Of a stretch of DNA of 32,000 nucleotides, positions 25,566-32,000 are shown in pieces. Source of the DNA: Nitrososphaerota archaeon (GTDB taxonomy: Archaea; Thermoproteota; Nitrososphaeria; Nitrososphaerales; UBA57); assembly GCA_002713205.1 (NCBI GenBank), contig PAVW01000020.1, forward strand, positions 9,349-41,348, in the 5' to 3' direction. Position 1 is the stretch's first letter. Every line of letters begins with the position of its first letter. The translations under genes were made by a program, and so were the position numbers. The notes under the pieces were generated by a model. It did not search any database. It was not told the DNA's origin and saw only the letters and a program-made list of their open reading frames with translations.

Positions 25566-26654
25566 ATGATTCGCACTATAATTCTTGGTGTCTGAAACTC
25601 AACTAGTGCATTAGTCCAAGGTCTTACATATTATTAGGCAATTTAAAAAAATCATAATAATACAGGTGATTTTGGTTTATGACATACGATAGTTGGTAAT
25701 TACAAAATATCTGATATAGAGATTGTTGGAGATTACGATATAGATAATAATAAAATTGGTATTGATCTTAACAAAAGTATATTTTCAACTTCTAATAAAC
25801 TCGAAAAATTTGATGATCTAGGAACATTTGGAATTACTGTAGAACCGGGAATTCTTAATGATAAAATGAATCAAAATCTTTAATCATTTATTGTGATCTC
25901 AAATAAACCTAGATATAATCTTTTGACTGACGAAGAATTCCATAATTCATTAAACAAGAAACATCCTGATATTGTAATTAATATGATCTCCTCATGATTG
26001 CATAAAACCTTAGAAAAATATGCAGAAATTTCTATGGATATTGCCTCAAACTTTATTAACGCAACACCAACAAGCATTGCAACTAATGAAACATTCGCGA
26101 AGAATTTCACAAATAAAAAATTGATTATTGTAGGAGATGATTTGATGAGTCAATTTGGCGGTACTGCTTTTCATAAAGGAATTATGAACCTCATACACTA
26201 ACGTGGAATTCACATAAACAAAAGTTATCAGTTAGATGTTGGTGGTGGAATTGAAACAAATAATACAGTTGACGAGAATTCACATGCCTCGAAAAGACAA
26301 GTTAAATCTAATACTATTGAATCCGAATTACCATACGACGTTCAAACTGTTTCAGGCACTACTGATTATGTTGATTTTATGGGTAATTCTCGTACTAATT
26401 ACTTCTGGATTGACGCTGATTCGTTTTTGGGCTCTAAAATTCGGTTTGATATTTACTTACGTAGTAGTGATTGTCCAAATACTGGTGGATTATTATTCGA
26501 CATTATTCATGGTATTCAGTATTCTCGAGATATGAACGAATATGGAAACATTGAAGAATCATTTAATTTTGGTTTTAAATCTACTTTCACTAAGAATGAG
26601 TTAAGACAATCTTATCAAAGTTCAATTTCTCAAAAAAATATGTTCTATAAATGA
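25566..26654 (+). pseudogene. myo-inositol-1-phosphate synthase (Ino1/MIPS family) pseudogene: full length, single frame, seven in-frame stop codons
   Basis: One reading frame (phase of 25566) is colinear over about 363 codons with bacterial/archaeal Ino1. MIRTIILGV*NSTSALVQGLTYY* matches the VAIVGVGNCASSLVQG..YY region. Other matching blocks are DIEIVGDYDIDNNKIGIDLNKSIF, FINATPTSIA, IIVGDDLMSQFGGTAFH, YQLDVGGG and LRSSDCPNTGGLLFD. Stops: TGA 25593, TAG 25635, TAA 25644, TGA 25680, TAA 25881, TGA 25995, TAA 26199. No frameshift is needed. Confidence 0.8.
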
Positions 26655-26668
26655 ATAATATAATTGAG

Positions 26669-26771
26669 CGCCGCCGACAGGATTTTCATCCAAAATCTTG
26701 AACCTGCGACCAGCTGATTAACAGTCAGCTGCTCTACCACGCTGAGCTCTCACCATTTGTATTACGGCGGC
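26669..26771 (-). tRNA. tRNA-Asn (anticodon GUU) with two non-canonical introns (15 nt between positions 8/9; 14 nt in the T loop at 59/60)
   Basis: Reverse strand. GCCGCCG-T [aatacaaatggtgag] A-GCTC-AGCGTGGTA-GAGC-A-GCTGA-CT-GTT-AA-TCAGC-TGGTC-GCAGG-TTCAAG [attttggatgaaaa] T-CCTGT-CGGCGGC-G. Introns lie at plus-strand 26749..26763 and 26683..26696. Both junctions sit in 3-nt bulges flanking a 4-bp helix (CGCC/GGUG with one G-U; UUCA/UGAA perfect). Mature length 74 nt. Confidence 0.85.
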
Positions 26772-26886
26772 TTACGGCACTCAAAAGTTACGACAGTTAT
26801 AATTATTTATATTTATTATATTTTTAACAAAATATTCGTAATTCTTAATATTGTTTATTTTAAGCAATTTTTGGAATTGTTGGTAA

Positions 26887-26987
26887 TGGGCCCGGTGGGC
26901 TTCGATCCCACGACAAACCGATTTCTCATTGTATTATGAGTCGGTCACTATTAGCGTACGTACACTGCCAAGCTGAGTTACGAGCCC
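26887..26987 (-). tRNA. tRNA with CAU anticodon (elongator Met or Ile2) with two introns (15 nt in D arm at 22/23; 12 nt canonical at 37/38)
   Basis: Reverse strand. GGGCTCG-TA-ACTC-AGCTTGGCA-G [tgtacgtacgctaat] AGT-G-ACCGA-CT-CAT-A [atacaatgagaa] A-TCGGT-TTGTC-GTGGG-ATCGAAG-CCCAC-CGGGCCC-A. Introns lie at plus-strand 26950..26964 and 26923..26934. BHB central helices are UGGC/GCUA (one G-U) and CUCA/UGAG (perfect). Not an initiator (G1-C72, no GGG/CCC in the anticodon stem). Confidence 0.85.
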
Positions 26988-27095
26988 TGATTTTTCATAC
27001 TTAGTCTCATTTTTAGGTTTATTCTTTAAATTTGATTTATATGCGTATTTTCCGCAGTACTTAACTAGAGTAATTACTAATTATTTTAGTAGAAA

Positions 27096-28127
27096 TTGCT
27101 TCAAGGATGTTATACTGCTTTAATAACTCCGTTTACTCACGATTCTTTAATAGATTATGAAGGTCTTTCTCAGCTTATAGATTTTCAAATTTCAGAAAAT
27201 GTATCTGGAATTCTTATTGCAGGAACTACTGGTGAAAGTCCTACATTATCATGGGCTGAACATGAAAAACTAATTAAAACGGTATATGATCTTGCCGGTG
27301 AACGAACTGTTGTAATTGCAGGAACTGGAAGTAACAACACTGGTGAAAGTTTGAAAGCAACAAAATTTGCTCATGATCTTGGCATTAAACATGTTTTACT
27401 AATTGACCCATATTATAATGGTCCTAGTTCGATTGAGATACGTAGAGAATATATTGAAGTTATTGCACAAGCATTTCCTTCTCTGACAATTATTCCTTAT
27501 ATCATACCTGGGCGAACTGGAACTAAATTACTTCCTCAAGACCTTGCTTTTTCATATAAAAATTATCCAAATATAAATACTGTAAAAGAAGCTACTGGTG
27601 ATTTTGAAAATGCAAAATTGACTAGAAAACTCTGCGGTAACAATTTCTCGATTATATCTGGTGATGATGACAAAACAGTTTCTTTAATCCAAGACTCTGA
27701 TATTAAAGCTAATGGGGTGATTTCAGTTGCTTCAAATTTAGTTCCTGCCGCAATAGCCGAGCTTGTTTCCTTGACATTAGCTAATAATGATGACTTAATT
27801 GAACTTCAGAATAATGTATCTCCTTTATTCAAACTGGTAGGTGTAACGACAACTGAATTCACTGAACTTGGAAATGTTATTATTAAATCTCGTAACCCTG
27901 TTCCTACAAAAACTCTCATGAGGTTGTTTGGTATGCCTTCTGGCCCATCTAGAAAACCACTTGGTCTAGTTACTTATCAAGCCATGCAGTTTATCATTAA
28001 ACAAGCTAAACTTGTTTATGAAAATAGTAATTTATTTAAGCCTATTGAAGATTTTTTTGATATAAATATACAGGAAAGATTATACTCTGATAAATACATA
28101 CAGAAATTATATTATGAATCGTATTAA
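27096..28127 (+). CDS. dapA: 4-hydroxy-tetrahydrodipicolinate synthase
   Basis: 343 aa, TTG start. ALITPF...GILIAGTTGESPTLSWAEH, PYYNGPS, catalytic-Lys region NTVKEATGD. Longer than typical DapA at the C-terminus. Confidence 0.85.
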   Translation: MLQGCYTALITPFTHDSLIDYEGLSQLIDFQISENVSGILIAGTTGESPTLSWAEHEKLIKTVYDLAGERTVVIAGTGSNNTGESLKATKFAHDLGIKHVLLIDPYYNGPSSIEIRREYIEVIAQAFPSLTIIPYIIPGRTGTKLLPQDLAFSYKNYPNINTVKEATGDFENAKLTRKLCGNNFSIISGDDDKTVSLIQDSDIKANGVISVASNLVPAAIAELVSLTLANNDDLIELQNNVSPLFKLVGVTTTEFTELGNVIIKSRNPVPTKTLMRLFGMPSGPSRKPLGLVTYQAMQFIIKQAKLVYENSNLFKPIEDFFDINIQERLYSDKYIQKLYYESY

Positions 28128-28908
28128 ACTCTGTGTTGTTGGTGCATGTGGAAGACTTGGCAGTACTATAATTAAAGAAAGTATTGATCACTTTGAAATA
28201 GTTGGAGCAGTTGAATCTGTACATAACCCTAATATTGATAAAACCCTTACAAATTTTGGTATTATTGAATCTGATATAAAGATAACAAGTTCTGATGATT
28301 TATCATCTGCAATTTCAAATGCTGATGTTACAATATCTGCTACAACTCCTACTGCTGAGCTTCTTAATGCTCCTGTTTATGTTGAAAATAATAAAAAAAT
28401 TATAATCGGCACAACTGGATTCTCCACAGATGAATATTCTAAACTTGTATCTACATTCAACAATAAAATTCCTTCTCTTCTAACTTCAAATTTTTCTATT
28501 GGAATGAATTTCCTTTATAATTTGTCTGAATTAGTTGGACGATTGCCCGACGAATTTGAAATTAGTATCAATGAAAAACATCATTCTAAAAAACTTGATG
28601 CACCAAGTGGAACTGCTCTATCAATTGCGAAAATCATATCAAAATCTAAAGGTTATAAGGATTTAATTTTTGATAGGACCAAACATGGTAAAAGGCAGCA
28701 ATCAGAACTTGATGTAACTTCCGAAAGGCTTGGTGGTATACCTGGAATCCATGAAATTAATATTGCAGGTCAATACGAACTCCTTAGACTTGAACATATA
28801 GCATTTTCGAGAGCTGCTTTTGCACGAGGCGCATTAGTTGCTGCCAAATGGCTTCATAATATTTCTGAACCCAAAATTTATAGTATGAAAGATGTAATAT
28901 CCAATTAA
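28114..28908 (+). CDS. dapB: 4-hydroxy-tetrahydrodipicolinate reductase
   Basis: 264 aa. Overlaps dapA by 14 nt. Dinucleotide fold KLCVVGACGRLGSTII. Signature EKHHSKKLDAPSGTALSIA. IIGTTGFS. Confidence 0.9.
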   Translation: MNRIKLCVVGACGRLGSTIIKESIDHFEIVGAVESVHNPNIDKTLTNFGIIESDIKITSSDDLSSAISNADVTISATTPTAELLNAPVYVENNKKIIIGTTGFSTDEYSKLVSTFNNKIPSLLTSNFSIGMNFLYNLSELVGRLPDEFEISINEKHHSKKLDAPSGTALSIAKIISKSKGYKDLIFDRTKHGKRQQSELDVTSERLGGIPGIHEINIAGQYELLRLEHIAFSRAAFARGALVAAKWLHNISEPKIYSMKDVISN

Positions 28909-28934
28909 TATAATGTTTAATTAGTGAAATTGCT

Positions 28935-30218
28935 ATGTGGAAAATTGAACCTCCTTTAAAAAATTTTAAGGGGAAATTATCTTTTGCTAATATTAGTACA
29001 TTAAACCTCGCTAAGCAATTTGGTACACCATTATTTGTCACTGACTCTGAACAAATTATTTTAAATTATAATAAATTATATTCTGCATTTTCATCGCACT
29101 ATGATAAATTCAAAATCAATTATGCCGTAAAAGCTAATAATAATCTTTCAATTTTAAAATTATTTAACTATCTTGGAAGTGGTGTTGATTGTTCTTGCCC
29201 AGAAGAAATATTACTCGCTAAGAAAATTGGATTTAAGAATCAAGATATGTTATATACAGGAAATTATAATTCTAATAACCAACTCGATTTTGCACTAAAA
29301 CAAAAAATAATGATTAATGTAGATAGTTATTCGATTCTTCCAAGACTTCTCAAATTAGGTACGCCTAACCTTGTATCTCTCCGAATCAATCCTGGAATTG
29401 GTGGCGGTTCACATAGTGTATTAGTTTTTGGTGGAAAAAACACTAAATTCGGTATGAGTAAAAAAGATGCTGTTGATGCTTACCGTCTTGCAAAAAAATC
29501 AGGAGTCAAAAAATTCGGTCTGCATATGATGACAGGTTCATCAATTCTTGATTCCTCTTATTTTAAAAAAGTAACTAATAAACTCATAGATATAGCTGTG
29601 GAAATAGTAGATGAATGTAAAATCTCATTTGATTTCATTAATATTGGCGGAGGGTTTGGCATTCCGTATAAACCTCCGGAAAAACCACTTGATATAAAGA
29701 AAGTTGGTTCCGATATTGGTAAAATTTTTAATGGCAAGAAATCTTCTAAGATTCTTGGCAAACCTTGGCTATTTGTTGAACCTGGTAGGTATCTTGTTGC
29801 GGATTCTACTATTTTATTAACTAATGTTCACTCAATCAAAAAAAGTCCAGGAAAATATGTTGGTATAGATGCAGGAATGAATACATTACTTCGACCTGCA
29901 TTGTATAATGCATATCATCATATTATTAATGCTAGTCGATTAAACTCACGCAAAACCGAAATTGTGAATGTATGTGGCCAGATTTGTGAAAATACAGATA
30001 TTATTGCTAAAAACAGAAAACTTGGGAATATTAAAGAAGGTGATTTATTAGCTATTCTAAACGTTGGCGCATATGGATTTTCTATGAGCTCTCAATATAA
30101 TACCCGACCTAGAGCTGCTGAAGTAATGATTCATAAAAGAAAAATCAAACTTATTCGTAGAAGAGAAACTATAAATGATTTAATTCATGGTCAAAACCTT
30201 GTTACGTGGTTTAGATGA
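28935..30218 (+). CDS. lysA: Diaminopimelate decarboxylase
   Basis: 427 aa. PLP-Lys region INYAVKANNNLSILK. GGGFGIPY, EPGRYLVADS, CGQICENTD. Fold-type III PLP decarboxylase in a DAP-pathway operon. Confidence 0.9.
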   Translation: MWKIEPPLKNFKGKLSFANISTLNLAKQFGTPLFVTDSEQIILNYNKLYSAFSSHYDKFKINYAVKANNNLSILKLFNYLGSGVDCSCPEEILLAKKIGFKNQDMLYTGNYNSNNQLDFALKQKIMINVDSYSILPRLLKLGTPNLVSLRINPGIGGGSHSVLVFGGKNTKFGMSKKDAVDAYRLAKKSGVKKFGLHMMTGSSILDSSYFKKVTNKLIDIAVEIVDECKISFDFINIGGGFGIPYKPPEKPLDIKKVGSDIGKIFNGKKSSKILGKPWLFVEPGRYLVADSTILLTNVHSIKKSPGKYVGIDAGMNTLLRPALYNAYHHIINASRLNSRKTEIVNVCGQICENTDIIAKNRKLGNIKEGDLLAILNVGAYGFSMSSQYNTRPRAAEVMIHKRKIKLIRRRETINDLIHGQNLVTWFR

Positions 30219-31375
30219 AATTTTCTAATAGATTAAATTCACTTCCTCCATATCCTTTTGCTAAACTTGAAAATCTAATTTCTACAAAACGCCAACAGGG
30301 GGTAGATCTTGTTAATTTTGGTATTGGCGATCCTGATTTAAAACCACCAGAATTTATCAATCATGCATTGATTGACGCTCTTTCTATTCCTGGCAGTCAC
30401 AATTATTCGTCAAGTTCTGGTGAAAAAACTTTTCGTGACAGTATTGCGGTTTGGTTTGAAAAAAGATTTAATGTTATTTTAAATCCTGATGAAGAGATTT
30501 GTGCTTTAATTGGTTCTAAAGAAGGTTTGGCTCACATATTTCGCGCATTTCTAAATTCTGGTGATAAAATTGCCATTCCAAATCCTGGCTATCCATTGTA
30601 TGCAAATGGGGGTGCACTCTTAAATGAATTTCATCCAGTTATACTTGATTTAGATTGCGATTCTAATTTTGTTCCACAAATAAATCAATTACAAGACACT
30701 GATTTTTCTGGTATTTATTTAAATTATCCTAATAATCCTACTGGTGCTGTTGTTGAATTTTCTGATCTAAAAAATATTGTCAATATTTGTAATGATAAAG
30801 GTTCAATTATTGTGTATGATAATGCATATTCAGAGATTACTTATAATGATTATAAAGCTCCATCTATATTACAACATGAAGAAGCACGTCAAAATAGTAT
30901 AGAATTTCATTCTCTTTCTAAGACATTTAATATGACTGGTTATAGAATTGGTTTTGCAGTTGGTAATAAAACTCTTGTTGACGGTCTTAAAAAAATAAAA
31001 AATCAAATTGATTCGGGTTCTCCAAAATTTATCCAGCATGCTGCAAAAGTTGCACTTGATAGCTATGTTAATGGAATTCCACCTAAAGAAATTTCTAATA
31101 ATCTGAAAATTTATGAAAATCGAATGAACATTCTTACTGATGGTTTAATTAAATTGGGTTATGATATTAAAATGCCTTTTGGAACGTTCTATTTATGGAT
31201 GAAAATTGACGAAGATTGTGAAAATTTCGCAATGCGATTATTAAACAATGGGGTTGTTGTTACTCCTGGTTCAGGATTTGGCACATCAGGAAATAAATAT
31301 GTCAGGTTTTCCATAACTCTTTCTGACGCTAATCTCCTTAAAGGACTAAATAAAATACCTGAAAATACCTCGTAA
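30215..31375 (+). CDS. dapL: Class I PLP aminotransferase, probable LL-diaminopimelate aminotransferase
   Basis: 386 aa. ATGA overlap with lysA. N-terminal LPPYPFAKLENL...VNFGIGDPDLKPP resembles the DapL family. PNNPTG. PLP-Lys SLSKTFNMTGYRIGFAVGN. The DapL assignment rests on operon context plus N-terminal motifs, so substrate specificity is unverified. Confidence 0.7.
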   Translation: MKFSNRLNSLPPYPFAKLENLISTKRQQGVDLVNFGIGDPDLKPPEFINHALIDALSIPGSHNYSSSSGEKTFRDSIAVWFEKRFNVILNPDEEICALIGSKEGLAHIFRAFLNSGDKIAIPNPGYPLYANGGALLNEFHPVILDLDCDSNFVPQINQLQDTDFSGIYLNYPNNPTGAVVEFSDLKNIVNICNDKGSIIVYDNAYSEITYNDYKAPSILQHEEARQNSIEFHSLSKTFNMTGYRIGFAVGNKTLVDGLKKIKNQIDSGSPKFIQHAAKVALDSYVNGIPPKEISNNLKIYENRMNILTDGLIKLGYDIKMPFGTFYLWMKIDEDCENFAMRLLNNGVVVTPGSGFGTSGNKYVRFSITLSDANLLKGLNKIPENTS

Positions 31376-31465
31376 TTAAAATTCTATTTAAATATGTTAG
31401 TATTCTCGATTTTCTATAATTTATTATCAATAAATTTTATTAATTATTAAATTCTGTAATATAGC

Positions 31466-32000
31466 ATGCCTATTGATCAAGAATTCTATAAGAACTTACA
31501 ACCAGTAGCTATATCTGAACATGGATATTTAGTATGGGGCCCTGGTAAAGATGGCGCAGCAGCTGAAGATAGTAATGTTAAAGCTGCCTTTGAAGAAGTT
31601 GGTGAAAAATTTGAACCACTTGGTATTCATGGAACATATGTCGCAGTTGATTTTGACGATTGTGTTGCAGATGGCGCGTGTTTACCTGCATGTCCTGTAG
31701 CTGTATTTGAATGGACAAAGAATCCTGGTTTTAGTGGAACTGATGAAAAACTTGATTTAACCGATAAAGCAGCACCAGTTCGAGAATCTGATTGTATTTG
31801 GTGTATGGCTTGTGTAACCGTTTGTCCTACTGAAGCTATTAAAGTAGACGAAGCATTAGTATCTGTTGCAGAAAATGCAATTTCAGAAGCATCTTCTACA
31901 GATTCTACTGATGCTACTTCAGAAGCATCTTCTACAGATTCTACTGATGCTACTTCAGAAGCATCTTCTACAGATTCTACTGATGCTACTTCAGAAGCAT
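31466..32000 (+). CDS. Zn-ferredoxin-type dicluster ferredoxin with C-terminal Ser/Thr/Asp-rich tandem-repeat tail (3' end outside window)
   Basis: Not in the ORF track because it runs off the edge. ATG at 31466. [33 protein letters not shown]...[21 protein letters not shown] is colinear with Sulfolobus-type zinc-containing ferredoxins (N-terminal extension plus two Cys clusters). It then continues into ([12 protein letters not shown])n. Confidence 0.8.
   Translation, partial: MPIDQEFYKNLQPVAISEHGYLVWGPGKDGAAAEDSNVKAAFEEVGEKFEPLGIHGTYVAVDFDDCVADGACLPACPVAVFEWTKNPGFSGTDEKLDLTDKAAPVRESDCIWCMACVTVCPTEAIKVDEALVSVAENAISEASSTDSTDATSEASSTDSTDATSEASSTDSTDATSEA
31883..32000 (+). repeat. Perfect 36-bp in-frame tandem repeat, more than 3 copies, continuing past the window end
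   Basis: tcagaagcatcttctacagattctactgatgctact at 31883-31918, 31919-31954 and 31955-31990, plus the first 10 nt of a fourth copy. All copies are identical. Confidence 0.95.

Noticed and set aside
25880-26535. ORFs 25880..26110(-) and 26236..26535(+)
   Set aside because: They lie inside the MIPS pseudogene on the wrong strand or frame. The hydrophobic translation is an out-of-frame artefact of AT-rich sequence.
25566-26654. Possibility that the seven in-frame stops reflect recoding or an alternative genetic code rather than a pseudogene
   Set aside because: All three stop codons occur, and the same codons terminate neighbouring bona fide genes. Catalytic motifs are also degraded, which fits relaxed selection.
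26757-26939. 60-aa plus-strand ORF
   Set aside because: It overlaps the 5' end of tRNA-Asn and half of the CAU tRNA on the opposite strand. It is spurious.

Overview
AT-rich (roughly 30-33% GC by eye) archaeal chromosomal segment. Gene content, blue-copper and PQQ-like exoproteins, and multi-intron tRNAs fit best with a marine ammonia-oxidising thaumarchaeon (Nitrosopumilales-like); this placement is inference only. Most of the window is housekeeping: Elp3, A-type ATP synthase genes split into three blocks (atpF; atpE; atpA-B-D-K), an Mrp/ApbC Fe-S carrier, an MFS transporter, a membrane-anchored cupredoxin, divergent pyrI/pyrB, a class II (B12) ribonucleotide reductase, a dapA-dapB-lysA-dapL lysine operon, a Zn-ferredoxin-type ferredoxin, and four tRNAs (three carry introns, five introns in total). 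No CRISPR array, integrase, transposase or recognisable defence system was seen. Best candidates for something undescribed: (1) a 694-aa fusion of winged-helix, ATP-cone and a class III RNR (NrdD)-like body that appears to lack the glycyl-radical motif. It sits next to nrdJ and has a 53-bp direct repeat upstream, part of which recurs upstream of nrdJ, so it may be an archaeal NrdR-like dNTP-sensing regulator. (2) Three paralogous secreted, C-terminally anchored PQQ-like beta-propeller dehydrogenase homologues of unknown substrate. (3) A full-length myo-inositol-1-phosphate synthase pseudogene with seven in-frame stops and no frameshift. (4) tRNAs with non-canonical introns whose bulge-helix-bulge (BHB) motifs can be read directly. 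(5) Perfect in-frame tandem repeats in a ferredoxin tail and a cupredoxin linker. All functional calls rest on motif recognition by eye; no database search was run.
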